Below, one piece after another: positions 36,625-46,290 of a stretch of DNA of 64,000 nucleotides (positions are counted from its first letter, which is position 1; every line of letters begins with the position of its first letter). The DNA lies in the NCBI GenBank assembly GCA_038231275.1, contig JBBRLQ010000001.1, forward strand, positions 160,001 to 224,000, read 5' to 3'. Under the pieces are notes generated by a model. The model did not search any database and had not been told where the DNA came from. It saw only the letters and a program-made list of their open reading frames with translations. This DNA comes from Polyangiales bacterium (GTDB lineage: Bacteria > Myxococcota_A > Polyangia > Polyangiales > Polyangiaceae). The translations under genes were made by a program, and so were the position numbers.

Positions 36625-37239
36625 ATGAGGGAGTCGGGAGAGCACCTGTCGTTCGGCATCGACGAAGAGGTCAACGTGTCCGCGCGGCGCGGCTGCCTCG
36701 AGGTCGTGTGCGGCTCGATGTTCAGCGGCAAGACCGAAGAGCTCCTCCGCCGAATGAAGCGCGCGAAGCTCGCGAGGCAGCGCGTCCAGCTCTTCAAGCC
36801 GCGCGTCGATCAGCGCTACGACGCCGTGAAGGTCGTGAGCCACGAGGGCGCCAACGCCGACGCCGTTCCGGTGGGCAGCGCGGCGGAGCTCCTCGAAATG
36901 GTCCAGCCGGAGACCGCGGTGGTCGGCGTCGACGAGGTGCAGTTCTTCGACGATCGCATCGTGGAGGTCTGCGACACGCTCGCCAACCGCGGCGTGCGCG
37001 TCATCTGTGCGGGGCTCGATCAGGACTACCGCGGTCAGCCGTTCGGGCCGATCTCGCTGCTCATGGCGGTCGCCGAGTTCGTCACCAAGCTCCACGCCGT
37101 GTGCTCGAAGTGCGGCGCGCAGGCCTGCCGATCGCAGCGCCTCGTCGCGAGCGAAGGGCAGCTCTTCGTCGGCGGCGCGGCGGCGTACGAAGCGCGCTGC
37201 CGCAAGTGCTTCTCCGCGGGCGTGATCGAAGGGCAATAG
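36625..37239 (+). CDS. tdk: Thymidine kinase
   Basis: CGSMFSGKTEEL, FKPRVDQRY, VGVDEVQFF, AGLDQDYRGQPF, KLHAVCSKCG, YEARCRKC. Confidence 0.96.
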   Translation: MRESGEHLSFGIDEEVNVSARRGCLEVVCGSMFSGKTEELLRRMKRAKLARQRVQLFKPRVDQRYDAVKVVSHEGANADAVPVGSAAELLEMVQPETAVVGVDEVQFFDDRIVEVCDTLANRGVRVICAGLDQDYRGQPFGPISLLMAVAEFVTKLHAVCSKCGAQACRSQRLVASEGQLFVGGAAAYEARCRKCFSAGVIEGQ

Positions 37240-37286
37240 AAGTAGTAGTAACGACGCGTGCGCCGGGGGAGTAGAGTCCGCGCACC

Positions 37287-37823
37287 ATGAACTCTGCCGC
37301 ACGAACGCTCGCTCCGATCTTCGCCCTCGCCCTCGCCTTCGCCGTGCCCGCGTGCGGCGGCGCCGCGCCTCCCGCGCCGGCCGCACCCGCAGCGCCGGAC
37401 GGTCACGAGAAGGGCCGCGAGAAGGAGCACGATCACAGCCACGAGAAGGGCGAGGGGCACGGCCACCACGGCGAGGAGCACGCCGAGCACCAGCACCTCA
37501 GCCCGCAGGTGAAGGACCTCCACGAGACGCTCGCGCCGGTGTGGCACCTGCCGAAGGGCCCCGAGCGCGCGGCGAAGACGTGCGAGAAGGCGCTCGCGAT
37601 GCACGACAAGAGCGTCGTCGTTCAGAACGCCGCGACGCCGGATCTCGTGAAGGAGCACGGCAAAGAGGCGGAGTGGAAGGCCGCCGTCGCCGAGATGGTG
37701 GTCTCCGGAAAGGCGCTCGTCACCGAGTGCGAGAAGGAAGGGCGGCCGGCGGTGGAGGAGCGTCTCACGGCGTTCCACGAGCGCTTTCACAAAGTCGCCG
37801 AGATGCTCGAGCACAAGCACTGA
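37287..37823 (+). CDS. His-rich lipoprotein
   Basis: VPA-C lipobox; HEKGREKEHDHSHEKGEGHGHHGEEHAEHQH; helical domain LHETLAPVWH...FHERFH. Confidence 0.75.
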   Translation: MNSAARTLAPIFALALAFAVPACGGAAPPAPAAPAAPDGHEKGREKEHDHSHEKGEGHGHHGEEHAEHQHLSPQVKDLHETLAPVWHLPKGPERAAKTCEKALAMHDKSVVVQNAATPDLVKEHGKEAEWKAAVAEMVVSGKALVTECEKEGRPAVEERLTAFHERFHKVAEMLEHKH

Positions 37824-37832
37824 CGAAACGCG

Positions 37833-38315
37833 TTAGTGGACGCAGCGCACGAGGGCGGTGAGCGTCGCCTTGTCGACCCGCTCCATGAAGACGCCCGGCG
37901 TGAACGTGAACGCCCACGCGTTTGCCGTGTCGCCCGCGACGGTCGTGGCCGTCCAGTACGACGTGCCCTGCGTGCTCACGAAGACCGTGGAGTCCCACAT
38001 CGGTCCGAGCGGCTCGCGCTCGTCGACGATGCTCAGCATCTCGCGGATGTTCGGGAGGCGCCATCCGGTCGCGAAGCCGCCGAGGCTCAGCGCCTGGCAC
38101 CGCGCGAGCGCGTCCGCGAAGCCGAGCTTGTAGATCTCCACCTGACCACGCTGCCACACGAGGCCGGTCTCGGTGTCGAGCGCGGTGTCCGTGGAGACGA
38201 TGTAGTGGCCGGGCGGCGCCTGCGCGTCGAGCGACGCATCGCCTGCGACGAGGACGACTGCGCCGGCGAGCGCGCCGAAGAGGATGCGATCGAGCCGTGC
38301 GCGGAGGGAGCTCAT
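37833..38315 (-). CDS. DUF1566 (Lcl C-terminal) domain protein
   Basis: DTETGLVWQR, ARCQALSLGG..GWRLPNIREMLSI, YWTAT, AWAF, VRCV. Confidence 0.88.
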   Translation of the reverse strand: MSSLRARLDRILFGALAGAVVLVAGDASLDAQAPPGHYIVSTDTALDTETGLVWQRGQVEIYKLGFADALARCQALSLGGFATGWRLPNIREMLSIVDEREPLGPMWDSTVFVSTQGTSYWTATTVAGDTANAWAFTFTPGVFMERVDKATLTALVRCVH

Positions 38316-39040
38316 CGGCCTGCCCTCACGCAGCGAACGAAGTAGAGGCCATCGCTGGGGATCGGACCGATCGTGCCGTCGGAGAAATCGACGACCCAGG
38401 CCTTGTACGTGGGGTTGACGACCGAGTTGGCGGCGTCCAGCGAGTCGGTCCAGAAATAGTCGACGACCGTGGCAGGGAACGCGACCGCGTTGATCGCCGG
38501 CGACGCGGCGGCGTAGTCGACGATCGAGATGAGCTCGATGCGCTTCGGCAAGCGCCAGTCGGATTGCCCGTCGAGGACGAGCGTGTCGCAGTAGTCACGA
38601 CCTTGCTGCCACGTCCGCTTCGTCGGCGAAGGCGTGCGCTCCCAGACGAGGAGCGTCGTCTCGTCGCGAACGCTCATCCCGAGGTTCGAGTAGTTGCCGG
38701 TCGGCGGCGACGGAGGCGGGAGCGGCCACGCAGCCCACGCACGATCGACGTCGCGTGTCGCGCCGTCCGTCGCGCCCGAGTCCGTCGTCGACCCACCGTC
38801 ACCGCTGCTGCCGCTGCTGCTGCCGCTGCTGCCGCTGCTGCCGCTGCTGCCGCTGCTGCCGCTGCCGTCTGCGCCGGGCGCCGCGTCGGCGCCTCCGGCC
38901 TCCGCCCCATCGCCGGGGCCCGCCGAGGCATCGAGCGGCGCGCTCTTGATCTGCTCACAGGCCAGCAGCGACGCCACTGCGGCGATCGAAGTCGTCGCAA
39001 ACGCACGCGACGCAGACCAAGCTTTCGAAGAGGAGCGCAC
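38312..39040 (-). CDS. DUF1566 domain lipoprotein with Gly-Ser-Ser linker
   Basis: LLA-C; DETTLLVWER, YCDTL..DWRLPKRIELISIVD, FWTDS, AWVVDFSDG, VRCVR; its stop overlaps the next start (ATGA). Confidence 0.88.
   Translation of the reverse strand: MRSSSKAWSASRAFATTSIAAVASLLACEQIKSAPLDASAGPGDGAEAGGADAAPGADGSGSSGSSGSSGSSGSSSGSSGDGGSTTDSGATDGATRDVDRAWAAWPLPPPSPPTGNYSNLGMSVRDETTLLVWERTPSPTKRTWQQGRDYCDTLVLDGQSDWRLPKRIELISIVDYAAASPAINAVAFPATVVDYFWTDSLDAANSVVNPTYKAWVVDFSDGTIGPIPSDGLYFVRCVRAGR
38802..38867. repeat. Coding 9-bp microsatellite (GSS)n
   Basis: About 7 copies of CCGCTGCTG encoding GSGSSGSSGSSGSSGSSSGSSG on the minus strand. Confidence 0.85.
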
Positions 39041-39086
39041 GAAGAGCCTCAGCGTGACCCAGAATCCTTCGACCGTCGAGGTCTCG

Positions 39087-39731
39087 TCATCCGCCCGGAG
39101 AGGTGTAGCCGACGTTGCTGCCGCTGCCCGACGCGTCGAACGACCCCTTCGCGTCGCCGGCGCCGATCGGAGCCGGGGACAACGTCGCGCCCTTGACCGA
39201 GAACGAGAGCGTGCCGTTGGCGAGACCCTTCGCCGGCGGGGTGACCGCGTCGAGCGTGAGGGTCCCCGAGTTGGCCTTCCACGTCTTGGTCGAGCCTCCG
39301 CTGCACGTCTCCGTGTACGTGAAGTCTCCCTTGCCCAGCGGCGTGCTCGCGTCCGACACGATCGGAAAGACCGTGCCGACGTCGAGCGGTCCGACGAACG
39401 CGGCGTTCAGGATGGCCGTGCAGCCGGTCGCGGCGTCGGTGACCGAGCCGGTGAAGCTGCACGTCTTGGGGGTCGTTCCCATGCAAAACGAGCCGAGCAC
39501 CGGCGCCACCTTGAACGTCGTTCGCGTCACGTCGGTGCCGCCGTTCGCGAAGGCGAAGGAGAAGCCGCCGTCGGTGCTCGCGTCGACGCCGGCGTCGGCG
39601 GGCGCGCCCGGTCCGCTGTCCGCGGCGCCGCTTTGGGTGGACGTAGAGCTGCATCCAGAAGCGAGAGACGTGAGCGCGACGAACGCTGCGAGAGCGGCGA
39701 CGCGCGAGGCGTGGAGCGAGATCATCGCCAC
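39087..39731 (-). CDS. Putative lipoprotein, function unknown
   Basis: LASG-C lipobox, DAG linker, Thr/Gly-rich beta domain with paired Cys; start uncertain. Confidence 0.7.
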   Translation of the reverse strand: MAMISLHASRVAALAAFVALTSLASGCSSTSTQSGAADSGPGAPADAGVDASTDGGFSFAFANGGTDVTRTTFKVAPVLGSFCMGTTPKTCSFTGSVTDAATGCTAILNAAFVGPLDVGTVFPIVSDASTPLGKGDFTYTETCSGGSTKTWKANSGTLTLDAVTPPAKGLANGTLSFSVKGATLSPAPIGAGDAKGSFDASGSGSNVGYTSPGG

Positions 39732-39803
39732 CGCCTACGGTCCGGGCGCGCCCGATCTTCCTTCGGGCGAGCCGAAACGCGCGGCGGTATGCTCCCGGCC
39801 GCC

Positions 39804-41576
39804 ATGGATTTCACGCCGCGCTTCCGAGACTTCACGACGATGCACCGCGCCACGTTGGCGCAGCACGGCGCGCGCCCGTTCCTGGGGACGCGCGGCGAGG
39901 ACGGCTGGCGATGGATCACCCACGCTGAATTCGGGCAGCGCGTCGAGCGGGCAGCCCGCGGCCTCGCGCGGCTCGGAATCGCGAAGGGGGACAAGCTCGG
40001 ACTCATCTCGAAAAATCGCCCCGAGTGGGCGGAGTGCGCGTTCGCGGCGTGGACGCTCGGCGCCGTCCTCGTGCCGATGTACGAGCAGCAGCAGGCGAAG
40101 GACTGGCTCTACATCCTGCGCGACTGCGGCGCCGTCGCGTGCATCACCGCAACGCGCGCGATCGCGAAGATCCTCGAGGCCTCGCGCGCCGAGCTGCCGG
40201 CGCTGCATCACGTCGTGCCGTTCGAGGGGGGCGCGTACGAAGATCTCCTCCGCGGCGCCGACGACGTGGCGCCCGCCAAGGTGGACCTGACCGCCGAGGA
40301 CGAGGCGGTATTCATCTACACGTCGGGCACCACGGGCAACCCCAAGGGCGTTCGCCTCGCGCACGGCAGCCTCACCGCGAACCTCTGCGCCGTCGAGAGC
40401 ATCTACAAGGCGAACCCCGACGAGCGCTTCATGAGCATCCTTCCGTGGGCGCACGCCGGCGGACTCGGCGAGCTCACGATGATGGTCCTCGCCGGCACCT
40501 CGGCCGCGATCTGCGACGCGCCCGAGAAGGTCGCCGCGACGCTCTCGGAGACGCAGCCCACGTGGCTCATCGCCGTGCCGCGCGTGTGGGCGAAGTTCCG
40601 CGACACGGTAAATAGGGCGATCGCCGAGCGGCCGAAGGTCGTGCGGCGACTCTTCACGCGCGCGATGGACGCGGGCACGCGCCGGCGCAAGCACAAGCCC
40701 CTCTCGCTGAAGGATCGCGTCGCCCTCGCGTTCGCGGAGCGCGTTCTCTATCCGAAGATCGTCGCGCGCCTCGGCGGCCGCCTCCACACGACCACCGTCG
40801 GCGCCGCCGCGCTCGGCGAGGATCTCGGCCATTTTCTCGAGAATCTCGGCATCCGCGTCCTCGAGGTGTATGGCCAGACCGAGGCCTCGCCGGTCGCGAC
40901 GCTCGTGCGCCCCGACGACGTGGACGCGCTCGGCAGCGTGGGCCGCGCGCTCCCCGGTCTTCGCCTCGAGCTCGATCACGATGTCGCCGGCGGCGACGCG
41001 GAGAACGGCGAGATCGTCGTCCACGGCCACTGCGTCATGCTCGGCTACCACGGCCTCCCCGAAGAAGACGCGCGCGCGCTGACCGACGCGCGTGGCCTCC
41101 GCACCGGCGATCTCGGGCGCATCGACGCGAACGGCTACCTCTGGATCACGGGACGCGTGAAGGAGGTCTACAAGCTCGACAACGGCAAGTTCGTCGCGCC
41201 GGTGCCCATCGAGGAGAAGATCTGCGCGAGCCCGTACATCTCCCAGGTCGTCGTCCACGGGTTGAACCGACCGCACAACGTCGCGCTCGTCGTCGTCGAC
41301 GTCGGCGTCCTCGCGCCGTGGTGCGCGGCGCGCGGCATCTCGTCCGACGACAAGAGCGCGATGGTCGTAGACGCGCGCGTGAAGGAATTGATCGCCGGCG
41401 AGATCGCGCGCCTCACGTCGGAGCTGAAGGGCTATGAGCGCATCGCGGCGTTCCTACTCTCGCACGAGGAGCTCACGCTCGAGAGCGGCATGCTCACGCC
41501 GACCCTCAAGGTGAAGCGGCGCGAGGTCATGGCAAAGCACGGCGCGCGCCTCGAGGCGCTCTACGACGTGAGCTGA
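39804..41576 (+). CDS. Long-chain fatty acid--CoA ligase (AMP-dependent synthetase)
   Basis: IYTSGTTGNPKGV, YGQTE, RTGDLG, ITGRVKE..KLDNGKFVAP, LTPTLKVKR. Confidence 0.92.
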   Translation: MDFTPRFRDFTTMHRATLAQHGARPFLGTRGEDGWRWITHAEFGQRVERAARGLARLGIAKGDKLGLISKNRPEWAECAFAAWTLGAVLVPMYEQQQAKDWLYILRDCGAVACITATRAIAKILEASRAELPALHHVVPFEGGAYEDLLRGADDVAPAKVDLTAEDEAVFIYTSGTTGNPKGVRLAHGSLTANLCAVESIYKANPDERFMSILPWAHAGGLGELTMMVLAGTSAAICDAPEKVAATLSETQPTWLIAVPRVWAKFRDTVNRAIAERPKVVRRLFTRAMDAGTRRRKHKPLSLKDRVALAFAERVLYPKIVARLGGRLHTTTVGAAALGEDLGHFLENLGIRVLEVYGQTEASPVATLVRPDDVDALGSVGRALPGLRLELDHDVAGGDAENGEIVVHGHCVMLGYHGLPEEDARALTDARGLRTGDLGRIDANGYLWITGRVKEVYKLDNGKFVAPVPIEEKICASPYISQVVVHGLNRPHNVALVVVDVGVLAPWCAARGISSDDKSAMVVDARVKELIAGEIARLTSELKGYERIAAFLLSHEELTLESGMLTPTLKVKRREVMAKHGARLEALYDVS

Positions 41577-41595
41577 CGCGCCTCGAACGCGGGCG

Positions 41596-42900
41596 TCAGT
41601 CCTTGTGAGCGATGCGCGGCGGGCGCAAGAGGCCGGGGACCTTCTGCGCGGCGAAGTACGCGTGGAGCATCTCGCGCGCGACGACGTTGGCCTTCACTTG
41701 CCACGTCGGCTGGTTCACGACGAGCACCGCGATGGCGACCTGCTTCACGCCCGGCAGCGGCTTGCTCGGCGCGAAGCCCGTGAACCAGGTGTAGAAGCGG
41801 CGGGCCTTGTCGTCGGTGAGCGTGCCGGTTTTTCCGGCGACGACGATCCCCGGCAAAAATGCGGTCCCTTTGGCGTCGTGGAAGGCGCGGTAGCAGGTGC
41901 CCTCGGCGACCGTGTGCTCCATCATCGTCGTGATCGCCTGCGCGGTGGCCGGCGACACGGCGCGCTTGAGCGGCAGCGGCGTGCTCGCGGTCGACCACAC
42001 CGGTTGGCCGTTGGGCTCGGTGACGGCGCTGACGATCATCGGGCGGATCGCCTCGCCGCCGCGCGCGACGGTGCTGCTGATCTGCGCGGCCTGGAGCGGG
42101 GAGAGCGTCGTGTTCCAGAACCCGGCGGCGGTCCGCGCGAAGCCGAGCGTGTCGGCGGGGACGTGGATCGCGCTCGGCTGCACCGGCACGTCGAAGGGCA
42201 CCGGCTCGCCGAAGCCGAAGGCGTGCGCCGTCTCGTCGAGGATGCTCGGCTTTAGGTGCTTCAGCGCGAGGCGGGCGAAGACCGTGTTGATGCTGCGCCC
42301 CATCGCGCCCGACAACGTCGAGCACCAGCGATCGCGGACCGGATCGTCCTCGAGATCGCTCGCGAGGATTTTTTGCTCGCCGCCCGAGAAGCACTGCTTG
42401 GTGTCGGGCGTGAGGCCCGCGGTCTCGACGAGCGCGGCGCCCGTCACGATCTTGAAGACGCTCGCGGCCGGCGCGGTCGCCTCCGCGCAAAGATCGCGAG
42501 CAGTCCCGCCCTCGACGTGGCTCGCGTAGACGAGCACGTGGCCGGTCTCCGGCTCGATCATGACGACAGCGGCCTCCGGCAGCTTGTGCAGCGCCATGAC
42601 CGTGAGCGCCTGGCGCTGAAGCTCGGGGTCGATCGTGAGGCGAGCGATTTTGCGCCCTTCCATCGGCGCGCTCACGCCCTTATCGTCGAGGCCGATCTTC
42701 GTGAGGTCGAGACCGGGCATCGGCGGAGGGGGCGGCGCGGCCAGGGGAGCCGGAGCAAAAGGCTGTCCCGCGATCTTCGCGATCGGCTCGTCGAGCGACG
42801 TCGCGTGCGCGACACCCCCGCCGAGCGACCGGCGCGCGAGGGGAACCAGCCCCACCGCGCACGCGGCGGCGACCACGCCCCCCAGAATCCTCCGTCGCAT
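41596..42900 (-). CDS. Penicillin-binding protein (transpeptidase domain only)
   Basis: LTIDPELQ; SxxK (ASVFK), SxN (RSIN), KTG (GKTGT); N-terminal membrane anchor. Confidence 0.9.
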   Translation of the reverse strand: MRRRILGGVVAAACAVGLVPLARRSLGGGVAHATSLDEPIAKIAGQPFAPAPLAAPPPPPMPGLDLTKIGLDDKGVSAPMEGRKIARLTIDPELQRQALTVMALHKLPEAAVVMIEPETGHVLVYASHVEGGTARDLCAEATAPAASVFKIVTGAALVETAGLTPDTKQCFSGGEQKILASDLEDDPVRDRWCSTLSGAMGRSINTVFARLALKHLKPSILDETAHAFGFGEPVPFDVPVQPSAIHVPADTLGFARTAAGFWNTTLSPLQAAQISSTVARGGEAIRPMIVSAVTEPNGQPVWSTASTPLPLKRAVSPATAQAITTMMEHTVAEGTCYRAFHDAKGTAFLPGIVVAGKTGTLTDDKARRFYTWFTGFAPSKPLPGVKQVAIAVLVVNQPTWQVKANVVAREMLHAYFAAQKVPGLLRPPRIAHKD

Positions 42901-42946
42901 GCCCCATCGGATGACACGGGGGGGTGAAATAGGGCAAACAAACGGG

Positions 42947-45259
42947 GTGAGCCCGCGCCGCCTCGTTTGGACGCTCTGTGCAATATCCACGCTTTGGCCG
43001 GCGGCGGCCCACGCCCAAGCGCGCGTGCGCGTCGACGCCGCGAAGAGGACACTTATTTATCCGGGTGGCTCCGCGCCGATCCCGCTCGCCGAGATCGCCG
43101 CCGACAAGATCGCGGTCGAGCAGGTCCTCCTCGACGGCGGCGTGAGCGTGACGCGCGTGAAGGTCGGCGTCGACCCGACGTGGGAGGCGATCGTCGCGCA
43201 GAGCAAGCTCGTCTTCGCGGGGCTCACGGGCTTCGCGAAAGGGCAGCCGGGCGGACGGACTGGCGCGATGGTGCAGCTCCTCGGCAAGACGCTGCTCGTC
43301 GGCGAGGTCGCGGAGGATCGCACGATCTGCGGACAGGCGATGACGCCTCTCTCTCCGCAGGTGCTCGATCCGAAGACGATGGAGCTCCGGCCCGCGACGG
43401 TGCAGCGCCTGCCCGCGGACCAGCGCTCGAAGGCGACGCGCATCGTCGCATCGGCGCGGCGCGGTCCCGCGGAGGCATCGCTCGGACGCCTGCTCCTCGC
43501 CACGGCGTCGAGCTCGGGCGCGGCCAAGGCGCTGACCGACGGCGATCCTGAGACGGTCTGGCGCGAGGATCGGACGGGGGCCGGGCAAGGCGAGTTCGTG
43601 ACGATGGAGACGCCGTCCGAGGTGCCGATCACACGCCTCGCCGTCACCGTCGCACCGTCGTCGCCGAGCGAGGACGGCGCCGCGCCGCAGACGTTCTTCC
43701 TGGTCGCGAAGGACCGAACGCTCGCGATCACCCTGCCGGAGGACGCGTGGACCCATCCCGGCGAGGCGTACGACGTGCCGCTGCCCGAGCCGATCTCGAC
43801 GCCGTGCATGAGTCTCGTCCTCGACGCCGCGTACGTTCGCGGGAAGCGGCCGGAGGTCGGCGTCGCGGAGCTCGTCGCGTACAGCGCGTTCGACGGGGCG
43901 GGCGCGTCGCTCGAGAAGGTGGCGAAGGCACTTGCCGGCGGGGGCGCGCGCGCCGAAGGGGCGGCGGCGATCCTGAAGCGCGCGACGAAGCCGTTGCCGG
44001 CGGTGCGCGCGGCGTACCCGGAGCTGGACGCGGCGGGGCGTGGGCTCGCGATCGACGTCGCGAGCGCCGCGGCGTGCGACGAGAGCGCGCCGCTCCTGAC
44101 CGACGCGCTCGGGGACGACGATCGCGAGGTGGTGCGAAAAGCGCGGGGAAAGCTGGAGCGATGTGCGAAGGCGGCCGCGCCTGCGCTCGCCGACGGGGTA
44201 CGAAAAGGCACGCCGAAGGTTCAGATCCAGGCGGCGACGCTCCTCGCGCACGTCGCGCCGAAGGAGGCGCTGGCGCCGCTGGCAGATGCGCTCGATGGAG
44301 GCGACGCGAAGACACGCGCGGCCGTTCGAGGCGCGTTGGGTCACGCGGCGCGAGACGCCGACAAGGGCGCGGTCGTTGCGCTGCTCACGCGACCGGGTGG
44401 GGCGGGCGCAAAGGTGGAGATGTTGCGCGCGCTCTCTGCGCGCCTTGGCGACGCTCGCGCAGAGGCCGACGCTCGAATCGCCGAGCTGCTCGCACCCGGA
44501 GCAGAGATGAGGACGCGCTTCTTGCTCGCCGAGCCGCTCGCGGACCTGGCGCGCGCGGGTGACGAGGACGCCGCCGCACGTTTAGGCGCGCTGCTCGCGA
44601 GCGATCCCCACCTCGCGGTCCGCGCGCGCGCGGCGGAGGTGTCCGGTGGCATCGCGCCGCTCGAGGCGCGCCTCGTCGCGGCCACCGCCGATCGCGAGCC
44701 GCGTGTCCGTGAGGCCGCGCTTCGGGCCGTCGCCACCGCCCACGTTCGAGCCGCCGAGCCGCAAGCGGTCGCCCGTCTCGGGAGCGATCCGTGGACCTTC
44801 GTCCGCACGGCCGCCGCCAGCGCGCTCGCCGCCCTTCCGAGATCCGACGCCTCCGACCGTGGTCTCGAGGCGGCCCTCCGCGATCGCTCCGCACGCGTGC
44901 GCGCCGCTGCGCTCGACGCGCTCGCCGCCCACGACGCAAAATCAACGGCCACCGCGATCGGCGCGCGCGCGTTCGACGAAAAGGAAGACGCCGAGGTCCG
45001 CCTCGCCGCCGTCCGCGCGCTTGGGCGCATGTGCGTCGCCGCCAGCGCCGACGGCCTCACCCGCCTCGCCGCAGCTGGCGCGTCGCAAGTCGCCGAAGAG
45101 GACGCACGATCGCTCGCGATCGCGGCAGTGGACACGCTCGGTCGCCTCCACCCGAAAGATCTCGCGGCGCGACTCGCGAAGGTGCAAGGCGAGGGCACCA
45201 ACGATCCGGTAAAGCGCGCGGTCTCTCACGCGCTCGCCGCCACCGAGGTGTGCCGGTGA
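42947..45259 (+). CDS. Exported protein with discoidin/F5-8-like domain and HEAT/PBS repeats
   Basis: Signal peptide AHA-Q; ALTDGDPETVW; repeats DREPRVREAAL, DPWTFVRTAAA, DAEVRLAAVRALG. Confidence 0.75.
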   Translation: MSPRRLVWTLCAISTLWPAAAHAQARVRVDAAKRTLIYPGGSAPIPLAEIAADKIAVEQVLLDGGVSVTRVKVGVDPTWEAIVAQSKLVFAGLTGFAKGQPGGRTGAMVQLLGKTLLVGEVAEDRTICGQAMTPLSPQVLDPKTMELRPATVQRLPADQRSKATRIVASARRGPAEASLGRLLLATASSSGAAKALTDGDPETVWREDRTGAGQGEFVTMETPSEVPITRLAVTVAPSSPSEDGAAPQTFFLVAKDRTLAITLPEDAWTHPGEAYDVPLPEPISTPCMSLVLDAAYVRGKRPEVGVAELVAYSAFDGAGASLEKVAKALAGGGARAEGAAAILKRATKPLPAVRAAYPELDAAGRGLAIDVASAAACDESAPLLTDALGDDDREVVRKARGKLERCAKAAAPALADGVRKGTPKVQIQAATLLAHVAPKEALAPLADALDGGDAKTRAAVRGALGHAARDADKGAVVALLTRPGGAGAKVEMLRALSARLGDARAEADARIAELLAPGAEMRTRFLLAEPLADLARAGDEDAAARLGALLASDPHLAVRARAAEVSGGIAPLEARLVAATADREPRVREAALRAVATAHVRAAEPQAVARLGSDPWTFVRTAAASALAALPRSDASDRGLEAALRDRSARVRAAALDALAAHDAKSTATAIGARAFDEKEDAEVRLAAVRALGRMCVAASADGLTRLAAAGASQVAEEDARSLAIAAVDTLGRLHPKDLAARLAKVQGEGTNDPVKRAVSHALAATEVCR

Positions 45260-45690
45260 GCGACGTGACGCGCGTGTCGCCCGCCGAGGCGCACGAGCTG
45301 GTCTCGCGCGAAGGCCACGCCTACGTCGACGTGCGAACCGAAGCGGAGGTCGCGGAGGGGCGTCCCTCCGGCGCGTACAACGTCCCGTTCCAGCTCGCCG
45401 CGGAGGGTGGTCGCGTCGACAACCCCGAGTTCCTTCAAGTCATGCGCGCGTGCTTCACGCTCGACTCGCCGCTCGTCGTAGGGTGCCAGTCCGGCGTGCG
45501 CTCGCTCCGTGCAGCGCGCGCCCTCGTCGCCGCCGGCTACGCGCGCGTGGTCGACCAGCGTGCCGGCTGGGGCGGCGTCCGTTCGCCGTTCGGCGAGACG
45601 AAAGAGAAGGGCTGGGAGTCGGCTGGCCTCCCGACCGAGAGCGGCGACCTCGGAGACCGTGCCTACGCGGTGCTCCGCGCGCGGGCGTGA
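45256..45690 (+). CDS. Rhodanese-like domain protein
   Basis: YVDVRTEAE..EGRPSGAYNVP, VVGCQSGVRS, GWESAGLP; GTGA overlap with the upstream stop. Confidence 0.9.
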   Translation: MSDVTRVSPAEAHELVSREGHAYVDVRTEAEVAEGRPSGAYNVPFQLAAEGGRVDNPEFLQVMRACFTLDSPLVVGCQSGVRSLRAARALVAAGYARVVDQRAGWGGVRSPFGETKEKGWESAGLPTESGDLGDRAYAVLRARA

Positions 45691-45694
45691 CGCC

Positions 45695-46288
45695 TCAGCG
45701 GTTCTTCGCGCGCTCGAAGTCGTCGGCCGCCGCGGACACGACCGAAAGATCGCGCGAGGCCTTCTGCGCCTCGGCGTCGAGCTCGGCGGTGAACATCGTC
45801 ATCCCCCAGATCCCGTTGTCGCGCCGTCGAAAGGCGTAGCGCGTGCTCCGCGCCGTGACGACGCTGGCGCGCTCGCCGTCGATCTCGACACGCGCGACGC
45901 CCGACAGGTCCCGCCGCAAGCGCGCGAGCCAGCCCTTCTCTTTGGCGATGCGCACGAAGACGATTTCTCCACCGACCGCGCGCGCGTCGGCCTCGTAGGC
46001 GCGCACCAGCTCGGCGCGCTGCGGCTCGGGATACGCCGCGAGGACGCGATCGAGCGCTTTTTTTCGCGTATCGCGGATCGTGATGCACGCCCATTGCGCC
46101 TCGGTCTCGAGGTACGGAAACACCCCGTCCGGATGGTCCTCCCCCAGCGCCTTCGCGATGCGCAGGTAGGCTCCCTCCGGCGTCTGGTCCGACGGGAAGG
46201 GCCGCTTCAAGAGCGGGTACGCGACCAGCCCGACGAGCGCGAGCGCCACGAACACGCCGAGCCGCCTCCGCGTCGTCGTCGGCACCAC
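45695..46288 (-). CDS. Membrane-anchored hypothetical protein
   Basis: RRRLGVFVALALVGLVAYPLL TM, then PFPSDQTPEGAYLRIA...TRYAFRRRDNGIWG. Confidence 0.7.
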   Translation of the reverse strand: MVPTTTRRRLGVFVALALVGLVAYPLLKRPFPSDQTPEGAYLRIAKALGEDHPDGVFPYLETEAQWACITIRDTRKKALDRVLAAYPEPQRAELVRAYEADARAVGGEIVFVRIAKEKGWLARLRRDLSGVARVEIDGERASVVTARSTRYAFRRRDNGIWGMTMFTAELDAEAQKASRDLSVVSAAADDFERAKNR

Positions 46289-46290
46289 CG

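Noticed and set aside
37833..39040. Diversity-generating retroelement targeting the DUF1566 genes
   Set aside because: No reverse transcriptase and no template repeat with adenine-specific mismatches seen in the window; a remote DGR cannot be excluded.
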